In this document: positions 36,455-45,198 of the stretch, in pieces
How positions within the stretch are numbered: position 1 is the stretch's first letter
Layout of the letters: each line of letters begins with the position of its first letter
NCBI GenBank assembly: GCA_965250285.1
Contig: OZ252299.1
Coordinates: 3,475,104 to 3,539,103 of the forward strand
DNA from: Myxococcota bacterium
GTDB lineage: Bacteria; Myxococcota_A; UBA9160; UBA4427
Length of the DNA: 64,000 nucleotides
Direction: 5' to 3'
The notes under the pieces: model-generated
What the model was told of the DNA's origin: nothing
Databases searched by the model: none
The model's input: the letters and a program-made list of their open reading frames with translations, nothing else
Translations under genes and position numbers: made by a program

Positions 36455-38907
36455 CTGCCGCGCCGCAGGACGGCGGCGGCGACTGCTTTCACTGCGGGCT
36501 TCCGATCCCGCGCGGCTTTCATGCCGAGGCCTTCGTGCTCGGCGCCGCGCGGCCGATGTGCTGTCATGGCTGCGCCGCCGTGGCGCGGACGCTCGAAGCG
36601 CAGGGTCTCTCGGACTACTACCGACATCGCACCGAACGTCCGATGACGCCGGCCGAGCTGCCCTCGGCCCTCGAGGCCGAGCTCGTGCCCTTCACGTCTG
36701 CGGATCTCGCCCATGACGTGGCACCCCTCGACGATGACGGCCTTCGCACCGCGTCCCTGCTCGTCGAAGACATGCGCTGCGCCGCCTGCGCCTGGCTGAT
36801 CGAAGAGCGCCTTCGAGGCCGACCCGGCGTCGCGCGCGCGAGCGCGAACCTCGGCACACATGTCGTCCACGTCGCGTTCGAGCCCGATACGACCTCGCTC
36901 GACGAGACGCTCCGCACGCTGCACGAGATCGGCTACCGCGCGCGACCTCGTCGCCCCGACACGCTCGCCGCGCACCGCACCCGCGAACACCGCCGCGCCC
37001 TCATCCGACTCGGCGTCGCGGGGCTCGGCGCCATGAACGTCATGACCTACGCCGCGGCGCTCTACGCAGGCGCATTCGTCGGCATGGAGGCTCGCTACGA
37101 GACGCTCTTTCGGTGGGTGAGCTGGGTGGTCAGCACACCGGTCCTGCTGGTCGCCGGCGAGCCGTTCTTGCGTGCAGCCTGGCGCGACCTGAAGGCGCGG
37201 CGCCCGGGCATGGACGTGCCCATCGCGCTCGCGATGACGAGCGCGTACGTCGCGAGCGCGTGGAACACGTGGCGCGGGACCGGCGAGGTCTACTTCGACT
37301 CGGTCTGCATGTTTGCGTTCTTCCTGACGCTGGGCCGCTCGATCGAGATGTGGGTGCGGCATCGATCGGAGGACGCGACCGACCGCCTGCTGCGCGCCGA
37401 GCCCGAGACGGCGTGTCGACTCGAGCACGGCGAGGAGAACTGGGTCCCCGCCGCATCGCTCGAGGTCGGCGATCGGGTGCTGGTGAGACCGGGCGAATCC
37501 ATCCCCTGCGACGGGCGGATCGTCGACGGCCGGACGAGCGTCGGCGAATCGCTCTTGACCGGCGAGCCGTGGCCGCGCGACGTCGACGTTGGCGGTCGTG
37601 TCCTCGGCGGCAGCACCAACGTCGATCAGCCGATCGTCGTCGAGGCCGTTCGCCCCGGACGCGAGTCGGTGCTGGCCTCGATCGTCGCGCTGCTCGCCCG
37701 CGCGCAGAGCGAAACGCCCCCCATCGTGCAGCGCGCCGATCGCGTCGCCCGCTGGTTCGTGAGCGGCGTACTGCTGATGGCCACCGGGACGGCCGCGGTC
37801 TGGCTTCGCATTGCGCCCGATCGCGCCTTCGAAGTCACGCTCGCGGTGCTCGTGGCGACCTGCCCCTGTGCGCTGTCGCTCGCCACACCGGTCGCCATCG
37901 CCGCCGCGCAGTCGGCGCTCGCCGGCGCGGGGTTCCTGGTGACGCGCGGCCACGTGGTCGAAGCGCTGGCCGAGACGCGGCGGATGCTCCTCGACAAGAC
38001 CGGCACGCTCACACGCGGACGACCGACGCTCGACGTGACGCACGCCCAGCGCGAGGGCGACCCGAACGCCATGCTCGCGCTCGCGGCCCGCCTCGAGGTC
38101 GGCTCGGAACACCCGGTCGCTCACGCGCTGCTCCGCGCCGCGCAGTCCGTGCCCGCACACGAGGGCGAGCTCACCGAACGACAGGCCGTCCACGGCTCGG
38201 GCATCGAAGCGCTGGTCGATGGTGAGCGCATTCGGATCGGTCGCCCCGACTGGGTCGATGCGCTCGCCACCGACGCGCGCGCTCGGGCCGAAGAGCCCGC
38301 GCAGGACGATCACGTCTGGGTCGCGCTCGGTGACGAGAAGGGGCGCATCGCGCTCTTCGGCCTGATCGACCCGATGCGAGACGATGCGCCTCCGGCCGTC
38401 CACGACCTGCAGGCGCTCGGGCTGACACTCGAGCTCGTCACGGGCGACTCGAGCCCAGCTGCATCGCGGCTCGCCGACGCCCTCGGAATCGAGGAGCACG
38501 TCACGGGCGCGTCGCCGAACGCCAAGCGGGAGCGGATCCGCACTCTGCAGCGCCAGGGGGAGCGGGTCGCGGCCGTCGGCGATGGCGTGAACGATGCACC
38601 GCTGCTCGGTCAGGCCGAGGTCAGTATCGCCATGGGCGGCGGCACCGACCTGGCGAAGGTCGGCGCCCACGCCGTGCTCATGAACGATCGACTTCGGTTG
38701 ATTCCACGCGCGGTGTCGCATGCGCGCCGAACGCGGCGCATCGTGCGACAGAATCTCGCGTGGGCGGCTGCGTACAACACGGCCGTGATCCCGCTGGCCG
38801 TGCTGGGCGAGCTCGCCCCCTGGCAGTCGGCCCTCGGCATGTCGATCAGCTCGCTGCTGGTCGTGGTCAACGGCGTCCGCGCGGCCCGGTGGAGGGCGGC
38901 GTCATGA
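36451..38907 (+). CDS. ccoI: copper-translocating P1B-type ATPase CcoI (FixI)
   Basis: TTG start overlapping the ccoH stop. N-terminal CFHCGLPIP..CCHGC, plus TGEP, the CPC motif (ATCPCALSLATP), DKTGTLT and GDGVNDAP. Confidence 0.92.
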   Translation: MTAAPQDGGGDCFHCGLPIPRGFHAEAFVLGAARPMCCHGCAAVARTLEAQGLSDYYRHRTERPMTPAELPSALEAELVPFTSADLAHDVAPLDDDGLRTASLLVEDMRCAACAWLIEERLRGRPGVARASANLGTHVVHVAFEPDTTSLDETLRTLHEIGYRARPRRPDTLAAHRTREHRRALIRLGVAGLGAMNVMTYAAALYAGAFVGMEARYETLFRWVSWVVSTPVLLVAGEPFLRAAWRDLKARRPGMDVPIALAMTSAYVASAWNTWRGTGEVYFDSVCMFAFFLTLGRSIEMWVRHRSEDATDRLLRAEPETACRLEHGEENWVPAASLEVGDRVLVRPGESIPCDGRIVDGRTSVGESLLTGEPWPRDVDVGGRVLGGSTNVDQPIVVEAVRPGRESVLASIVALLARAQSETPPIVQRADRVARWFVSGVLLMATGTAAVWLRIAPDRAFEVTLAVLVATCPCALSLATPVAIAAAQSALAGAGFLVTRGHVVEALAETRRMLLDKTGTLTRGRPTLDVTHAQREGDPNAMLALAARLEVGSEHPVAHALLRAAQSVPAHEGELTERQAVHGSGIEALVDGERIRIGRPDWVDALATDARARAEEPAQDDHVWVALGDEKGRIALFGLIDPMRDDAPPAVHDLQALGLTLELVTGDSSPAASRLADALGIEEHVTGASPNAKRERIRTLQRQGERVAAVGDGVNDAPLLGQAEVSIAMGGGTDLAKVGAHAVLMNDRLRLIPRAVSHARRTRRIVRQNLAWAAAYNTAVIPLAVLGELAPWQSALGMSISSLLVVVNGVRAARWRAAS

Positions 38908-39104
38908 ACATTCTGCTGCTGCTGATCCCGCTCGGTCTCGGGCTGCTCGCCATCGCGCTGGGATTTTTCGTGTGGGCCGTCCGAAACGGTCAGCTCGAAA
39001 ATCTCGACCAGGAGGGCATGCGCATCCTGTTCGACGAAGACTCGCCGAACGACATCGGCACCGAGCGCCGATCGGATGGCGAACGCAAGGACGAGCCGTC
39101 ATGA
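38904..39104 (+). CDS. ccoS: cbb3 oxidase maturation protein CcoS (FixS)
   Basis: 66 aa: MNILLLLIPLGLGLLAIALGFFVWAVRNGQLENLDQEG. ATGA overlap with ccoI. Confidence 0.88.
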   Translation: MNILLLLIPLGLGLLAIALGFFVWAVRNGQLENLDQEGMRILFDEDSPNDIGTERRSDGERKDEPS

Positions 39105-39913
39105 GCGAGTCGATGGCGGCATCCACGATCGGCGCGTTCTTGTTCGGTCTGTTCGGGAGCCTCCACTGCGTGGGGATGTGCGGCGGCATCGTGTCGGCGC
39201 TCGGCCAGGCCGGCTCGGCCGGCTCACCGCACGGTGCCAGGGTGGCGACCGAGGCGATCCCCTATCACGTCGGGCGCATTTCGAGCTACGCGGTCGCCGG
39301 CGCAATCGTCGGCCTCGTCGGAGCCGCCTTCGCGCTGAGCCTCGACGTGCGGTGGCTGATGCGACTCGTCGCCGGGCTGCTGCTGATGGCGGCCGGCGCG
39401 TACGTTGCCGGCTGGTGGCTCGGCCTCGCGTCGCTCGAGCGCTGGTTCGCGCCGCTCTGGCAGCGCATCTCGCCCTGGACGAGTCGACTGCTCCCCGCCG
39501 ACACCGCGGGTCGACGGCTGGCGCTCGGCGCGCTCTGGGGCTGGCTGCCGTGCGGCCTCGTGTACTCGGCGCTCGTGCTCGCTGCGGCGAGCGGGGGCGC
39601 GACCGCAGGCGCGCTCACGATGCTTGCCTTCGGCCTCGGGACCGCGCCGAGCCTGCTCGCGGTGGGCGCCTTCGGCGGGTTCGTCAGCGGGCTCGGGCGA
39701 CGCCTCTCGGTGCGCCGGGGCGCGGGCGTCGCGCTGTGCCTCTTCGGCGTGTGGACGGCCATCGGGCCGGGCCTCTTGCCGGGCGGGCATCATGGGGCCC
39801 ACGGCCACGGGGGCGGGCCGTCGCACGCACCGAGCGCGCCGTCCGACCCGACGACCGAGACGCCGTCGCCCCACCATGGCCACCACGAGCACCCCGGGCC
39901 GACGCAGCCCTGA
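39101..39913 (+). CDS. DsbD_2 / TauE-SafE-like membrane protein with C-terminal His-rich tail
   Basis: ATGA overlap with ccoS. Contains GSLHCVGMCGGIV in TM1, a second WGWLPCGLVY motif, and the tail GGHHGAHGHGGGP...PHHGHHEHP (39782-39910). Confidence 0.78.
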   Translation: MSESMAASTIGAFLFGLFGSLHCVGMCGGIVSALGQAGSAGSPHGARVATEAIPYHVGRISSYAVAGAIVGLVGAAFALSLDVRWLMRLVAGLLLMAAGAYVAGWWLGLASLERWFAPLWQRISPWTSRLLPADTAGRRLALGALWGWLPCGLVYSALVLAAASGGATAGALTMLAFGLGTAPSLLAVGAFGGFVSGLGRRLSVRRGAGVALCLFGVWTAIGPGLLPGGHHGAHGHGGGPSHAPSAPSDPTTETPSPHHGHHEHPGPTQP

Positions 39914-40025
39914 CCGCATCGCCCGCCACAAAGGACGTCGCCGCCGCGGGATCTTCACCGGTTGCGGCTGCACCGGGCGGGGCGCGCTCCTATGCTCGCC
40001 GCGTCCACCGCTCGAGGAGGCCCAG

Positions 40026-41759
40026 ATGGCTCGGCGACCCCACCCTCTCACGAGCGCGCTCTTCGGCATGCCAGCCGCCGCGCTCGGGTCTGCGCTCGCG
40101 CTCGGCCGCACCCTCTCCGTCGCGCTCGTTCTCGCGCTCGCACTCGCCGGCACGAATGCGCAGGCCGACACGGCCCGCGGCACCGTCTTCGAGGACGCCA
40201 ACGGGGACGGCGTGCGCAGCGCCGGCGAGACGGGCGTCGCCGGGGTGCGCGTGTCGAACGGACGGTCGATCGTGAAGACCGACGCCGACGGGCGTTACGA
40301 GATCGACCTCGAGCCCGGCGAGGTGCTCTTCATCACGAAGCCTTCGGGCTGGATGACCCCGGTCGACGCACATCAGCTGCCTCGCTTCTACTACGTGTAC
40401 TCGCCCGAAGGATCGCCGAAGCTTCGCTACCCGGGTGTCGCTCCGACCGGCCCGCTCCCCGAAGCGATCGACTTTGCGCTCGTCCCGCGCGAGGAGGCGT
40501 CCCGCTTCGAAGTCATCCTGTTCGCCGATCCACAGCCCCAGAGCGAGATCGAGCTCGGCTATCTGCGCGACGACATCGTGGCCGAGCTGATCGGCACCGA
40601 CGCGCTCTTCGGCATGACCATGGGCGACATCCTCTTCGACGATCTGTCCTTCTTCCCGCGCTCCAACGCAGTCATCGCCCAGATCGGGGTGCCCTGGTAC
40701 AACGTGCCGGGCAATCACGAGCTGAACCTCGACGCAGCAAACGACGCCGAGTCGCTCGAGACCTTCAAACGATTCTTCGGCCCGCCCTACTACTCGTTCG
40801 AAGTGGCCGATGCCGTCTTCTACGTGCTCGACAACATCGACTACCAGGGTGCGGGCGAGAGTGATCCTGCCGACTTCAGGCGCAAGGGCAGCTACGAAGC
40901 CCGAATCGGCAAGCGGCAGCTCGATTGGCTGAAGCGTGATCTGCAGTCCGTGCCCGACGACCGGCTCGTGTTCCTCGCGATGCACGCGCCCCTGCGCACG
41001 TACCTGGGCGATTACGCTGGGGCGAACACACAAGACCGCAAGAAGCTCTTCGACGTGCTGCGTGGGCGCGAGCACCTGTACGCCGTGGCGGGCCACACGC
41101 ACACGACCGAGCACCACTACTTCGGCGAAGACGACGGCTTCCGTGGGCCCGGCGAGTTCCATCACCACGTCCTCACGACGGGTTCGGGCAGCTGGTGGAG
41201 CGGCCCGGTCGACCCGCGCGGTGTCGCCGCGGCCGATCAGCGCGACGGGACGCCCAATGGCTACCACGTGCTCGAGGTCGACGGCGTCGAGACGACGGTG
41301 CGCTACAAGGCGGCGAGCAAGCCGGCCGACTTCCAGATGCGCATCATGATCGACTCGACCGAGCACCTCGTCGAGGCGCCCGTGATCCGGCAGTACCGCC
41401 CGGGAGAGCTCCTCGACGGCCAGGTGCGGGCCGACGCGATCCCGCCGGCCCGCGTTCTCGTCAACCTCTTCGACGGCGGCCCCAAGTCGAAGGTGGCGTA
41501 CGTGATCGACGACGGCGCGCCCGTCGAAATGACGCGCACGTCGATGATCGATCCGTTCGTCAACGAGCTCTACGTTCGCCACCCCGATGAGACGAAGCCC
41601 TGGGTGAAGGCCATGCCATCGAGCCACATGTTCGTCGCGCCCCTGCCCGCCGACCTTTCGCCGGGCACGTACACCCTCTCTGTCCAGGCCGTCGACGAAT
41701 TCGGCCGCACACACCACGGCCACCGGGTGCTCGAGATCATCGGGTCGTCCGGGCGCTGA
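40026..41759 (+). CDS. calcineurin-like metallophosphoesterase with N-terminal SdrD-B/Cna-B-like domain
   Basis: ATG after GAGGAGG. Signal peptide, then GTVFEDANGDGVRSAGETGVAGVRVSNG..KTDADGRYEI, then MGDILFDD..NVPGNHE..AGHTH. Confidence 0.82.
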   Translation: MARRPHPLTSALFGMPAAALGSALALGRTLSVALVLALALAGTNAQADTARGTVFEDANGDGVRSAGETGVAGVRVSNGRSIVKTDADGRYEIDLEPGEVLFITKPSGWMTPVDAHQLPRFYYVYSPEGSPKLRYPGVAPTGPLPEAIDFALVPREEASRFEVILFADPQPQSEIELGYLRDDIVAELIGTDALFGMTMGDILFDDLSFFPRSNAVIAQIGVPWYNVPGNHELNLDAANDAESLETFKRFFGPPYYSFEVADAVFYVLDNIDYQGAGESDPADFRRKGSYEARIGKRQLDWLKRDLQSVPDDRLVFLAMHAPLRTYLGDYAGANTQDRKKLFDVLRGREHLYAVAGHTHTTEHHYFGEDDGFRGPGEFHHHVLTTGSGSWWSGPVDPRGVAAADQRDGTPNGYHVLEVDGVETTVRYKAASKPADFQMRIMIDSTEHLVEAPVIRQYRPGELLDGQVRADAIPPARVLVNLFDGGPKSKVAYVIDDGAPVEMTRTSMIDPFVNELYVRHPDETKPWVKAMPSSHMFVAPLPADLSPGTYTLSVQAVDEFGRTHHGHRVLEIIGSSGR

Positions 41760-41786
41760 TCCCATGAGACGAGCCCAGGTGACGGG

Positions 41787-42455
41787 TTGACCGTGCAGAG
41801 CTGGATCCTACTCGGTGCGGTGCTCGCCGCGGTCGATCTGGCTTCGTGCGTGGCCTTTCATTCGAGCCAGCGCCGCCGCGTCGCCCGTCGCCAGCGACGT
41901 GGTGGTGTCGACGTCGCAGTCGTGCTCTTCGGCGGCTCCCCTCACACGGGTGCGCTCGATGCGACGACCTGCAGGCGCCTCGAACGCGCGCTCGCGTTGC
42001 TGCGCGACGGACACGCCCACGCCGTGCTGTGTGCCGGGGGGGCGCGCGCACACGCCGACCACGTGGGCGCCCGGATGATGCGCGAAGGGCTGCTGGCAGA
42101 TGGAGCCGATCCGGCGCGGGTTCACATCGATGCCGGCTCGTGGGACACGGAGAGCAGCTGGCGGAGCGTCGTCGCGGCGTGCCAGGCGCGCGGCTGGCGA
42201 ACGGCGACGTTCGTGAGCGGGCCCGTTCAGCTCGCCCGAATCCTCCGGTACGCCGAACGCGACGGGGGGCTCGACGCGTCGACCGACGCGATCGATGAGG
42301 AGGATTCGATTCGGGCCATCGGCGCGCTGCGTTGGTGGCGCGGGACGCATCGGCGGCTCGCGCTCGCTCTGGTGGAAGGGCTGGTGCCGACGTCGACGTA
42401 CCGGCGTTGGGTGCGCCAGAGACGCTACGAGGCCGCGCCGACTAGTCGGCGCTGA
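41787..42455 (+). CDS. DUF218 (YdcF/ElyC/SanA-like) protein
   Basis: N-terminal TM, then VAVVLFGG..RLERALALLRDGHAHAVLCAGG..GSWDTESS..FVSGPVQLARI. Start is TTG 41787 or GTG 41793. Confidence 0.65.
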   Translation: MTVQSWILLGAVLAAVDLASCVAFHSSQRRRVARRQRRGGVDVAVVLFGGSPHTGALDATTCRRLERALALLRDGHAHAVLCAGGARAHADHVGARMMREGLLADGADPARVHIDAGSWDTESSWRSVVAACQARGWRTATFVSGPVQLARILRYAERDGGLDASTDAIDEEDSIRAIGALRWWRGTHRRLALALVEGLVPTSTYRRWVRQRRYEAAPTSRR

Positions 42456-43866
42456 TGGCTCCGGGCGGCTTCATGTAGCTCGGCACCGACAATCCGTAGA
42501 GGTCGAGCAGGAACGGCGCCATGTCGAGCGTCGAGACCTCGGCCCGGTGATTGTTCGCGTACTCGTGCTGCGGGTCGTAGAAGATCAGCGTGCCCTTTGG
42601 GATGTGGTACGCCGTGCTGCCCGCTTCGTCCTGAACTTCGTTCACCGCGATCCCGAGCTCCGAGAACGTGCGCGCCTCGTCGCCGACGTAGATCGTCTCG
42701 TAGCCGGCGTCGAGATTCTTGCCCGGTACGTTCCAACCGACGAAACCGCCCTCGTGCACCGTGGGCTGGATCGTCCACTCGAGCAGTCGAATCGACTCGA
42801 GATACCGGACGAGCTCGTCGACGCGCTCCGGCGCAACAACGACGGCGACGCGCGGCTCCATGGCGTGGCGCTTCTCGAACTCGTCTGCGCCGAAACCGCC
42901 CGCTGCCATGAACTGCGTCAGGTCCCCCACCGTCACCTGATTCTTGACGACCGCCGACGACTCGGGCCCCTGGCCCATGCTCGACGAGATCATCACCCGG
43001 TACTCGGGGTGCTTCTCGGCGAACGCGACGGCCCGCCCATAGAAGTCGTCGGCGATGTCCATCGAGAAGAGGATCTCGCTCGAGTAGCGGGCCACCCACT
43101 CGTCGTCGAACTCCATCTCGTCGCTGTCGAACTGTTCGGGGAACGTCGCGGCCCAGTAGCGATGCATCGACGACGCGACGTGATTCGTGAAGACGTTGCA
43201 GAAAGCGGGCTGCGTCTTCTTGAGCAGGTGCATGAAGAGGTCGTAGGCGACGACAGGCTGATACGAGCGACGCCGGATCTTCTTCCACGGCGTGCGACGC
43301 TCGTCAACGAGGTGACGAAGCACATCGACGCCCGTCTTCGGCCTCAGGCCGATGAAGGGCGCGCGTAGGAGGAACCCGAGGGCCGATGCCCAGTCGATGC
43401 CCGACTGGACGTTCCGGCCCGACGCGCGGGTCATGATCAGGTTGAATTCCTGGAACGACTCGAGCGACTTCGGCCAGCTGCGCGCGTCGCCGGCGAAGGT
43501 GTCAGGCAGATAGAACGCGTACTTGTCGAAGTCATCGGGGAGCGGGTAGCTGTTGAACGGACCAAATACGCCCGTGCTCACACCGCCATCGGCCAGCAGC
43601 GACCAGATCGCCGGGTACTCGTGATTCACCTCGGACAGCACCTGCCCGATGTTCTTGATGCCGTGCGTCGTCTCGGGGACGCCGCGATGGTACGTCGACC
43701 ACGTGCGCCAGGGCGCGAGCGGCATCGAGTCGGGGGAGACCGTCGTGTACTGCTTGCAGCGACCGATCGTTCGGGCAATCAGCGAGTCGGGGCGCTGGGC
43801 GCAGTAGTAGTCGAAGATCTCGTACGGGACCTCGTTGAGCTCGATCGAGATCAGCTTTCGTTCCAC
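42442..43866 (-). CDS. hypothetical protein, possibly alkaline-phosphatase/phosphodiesterase superfamily
   Basis: 474-aa ORF with normal, non-shadow composition (MERKLISIELNEVPYEIFDYY..). The family call is a weak impression only. Confidence 0.45.
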   Translation of the reverse strand: MERKLISIELNEVPYEIFDYYCAQRPDSLIARTIGRCKQYTTVSPDSMPLAPWRTWSTYHRGVPETTHGIKNIGQVLSEVNHEYPAIWSLLADGGVSTGVFGPFNSYPLPDDFDKYAFYLPDTFAGDARSWPKSLESFQEFNLIMTRASGRNVQSGIDWASALGFLLRAPFIGLRPKTGVDVLRHLVDERRTPWKKIRRRSYQPVVAYDLFMHLLKKTQPAFCNVFTNHVASSMHRYWAATFPEQFDSDEMEFDDEWVARYSSEILFSMDIADDFYGRAVAFAEKHPEYRVMISSSMGQGPESSAVVKNQVTVGDLTQFMAAGGFGADEFEKRHAMEPRVAVVVAPERVDELVRYLESIRLLEWTIQPTVHEGGFVGWNVPGKNLDAGYETIYVGDEARTFSELGIAVNEVQDEAGSTAYHIPKGTLIFYDPQHEYANNHRAEVSTLDMAPFLLDLYGLSVPSYMKPPGAISAD

Positions 43867-44286
43867 AGCCCGGTCTCCTCACTGGCGTGGGTAGGTGGCA
43901 ATCCCGACGGGATCGGTGACGCCCGAGTGTGCGTCCTCGCGCGATGTGATCGGCCTGGGCTCACATCCAGCTGAGCGCGACGAGAACGGTTGCGCGACGC
44001 GCGTTGGCCAATCCGACCACAGCGCCAGATCTTACGAGCGGCCCTGCGTGCTTGTAAAGCAGCATCTCCCATCGGCAGATCGGGGGCAAAGTGGACGACC
44101 CTTCGCTCGGACGACGTGTCTCCTTGCCGGCGACCCACCCGAGGGGTCGGACGGGTCCATCGATCGGTTTGCCTGTCCGGGCGCGGTGCGGGTCCGTCGC
44201 ACGCTCGTCATCCGTTCTTGCGCCTCGCTTGACCGAGCCACGGGGGCGGCTGCCGTACCCTTCGGCTGCCCCCCCGCGGAGTCCGC

Positions 44287-45180
44287 ATGCGGCCGACGCG
44301 AAGCAACCTTCTGTGTGCCTGTCGATGCATCTCGATCTGGATCGGGATCACGACGGCGGCCGTCGCGGGCGACGGTCGAGAGACGCCGGCGCACCTCCTG
44401 GCACCCCGTCCGATCGAGCTCGAGCACCCGATTCACGTCGACAGCGTGGTCGACGGCGGCTCACTCCTGGGCGAGGTGTGGAGTGTCTCGCCCGCCCCCT
44501 TCGAGACGGTGGCCGCCGAACTGCGTCACCCCGAGACCTGGTGCGACATCGTGACGCTCCACCTGAACGTGAAGGCGTGTGTCCACGAGGTTCGCGACGG
44601 CCAGCAGTGGATCACGATGTTCATTGGCTACCGCACCTTCCAGACGCCCGAACAGGCCCACCCGCTGGTCGCGGTGCTCGACGTCGACGAGGTGCCGGGT
44701 GAGCTGCGCGCGACGCTCCGCGCCGCCCGAGGCCCGTTCGGCACGTCGAATCATCGACTCGATCTCACCGCGAAGCCCACGGCCGATGGTCGAACGCGCC
44801 TCGAGTTCGACTTCACTCAGCGCTATGGCTGGTGGGCCAAGCACGCCATGAAGGTCTTCCTCGCCACCTGGTCGCGACATCGGGTGGGCTTCACCGAGCT
44901 CGAGCCGGGGCGCTGGGTGCGGGGCTTCGAGGGGCTCATGGAGCGCAACGTCGTCCGCTACCACCTCGCGCTCCAGGCGTACCTCGAACATCCCCGAGAC
45001 GGCCTCGCCGCGACGCGGGAGGCCCGCTGGGCTCGGTGGTTCGCGCTCACCGAGCGTCATCCTCGGCAGCTCCGCGTCGTCACGCGTGAGGCGTATCTCG
45101 AAACGATGCACCGCGAACACGCCGAGCAGATGCGGCTTCAGAGCGCCGTGTCGAGCGAGCGAGTGGCGCTCGCGCACTGA
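44287..45180 (+). CDS. hypothetical secreted protein
   Basis: 297 aa with a hydrophobic N-terminus (CISIWIGITTAAVAG) and balanced composition. No family recognised. Confidence 0.5.
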   Translation: MRPTRSNLLCACRCISIWIGITTAAVAGDGRETPAHLLAPRPIELEHPIHVDSVVDGGSLLGEVWSVSPAPFETVAAELRHPETWCDIVTLHLNVKACVHEVRDGQQWITMFIGYRTFQTPEQAHPLVAVLDVDEVPGELRATLRAARGPFGTSNHRLDLTAKPTADGRTRLEFDFTQRYGWWAKHAMKVFLATWSRHRVGFTELEPGRWVRGFEGLMERNVVRYHLALQAYLEHPRDGLAATREARWARWFALTERHPRQLRVVTREAYLETMHREHAEQMRLQSAVSSERVALAH

Positions 45181-45198
45181 CGGGTCACCGGTGACGAA

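Noticed and set aside
36088-38721. An 877-aa ORF on the minus strand, the longest in the track.
   Set aside because: It lies antisense to the strongly supported P-type ATPase ccoI (CPC, DKTGT and GDGVNDAP motifs on the plus strand). Its translation is R/G/A/D-rich with no motifs. This is a GC-driven shadow ORF.
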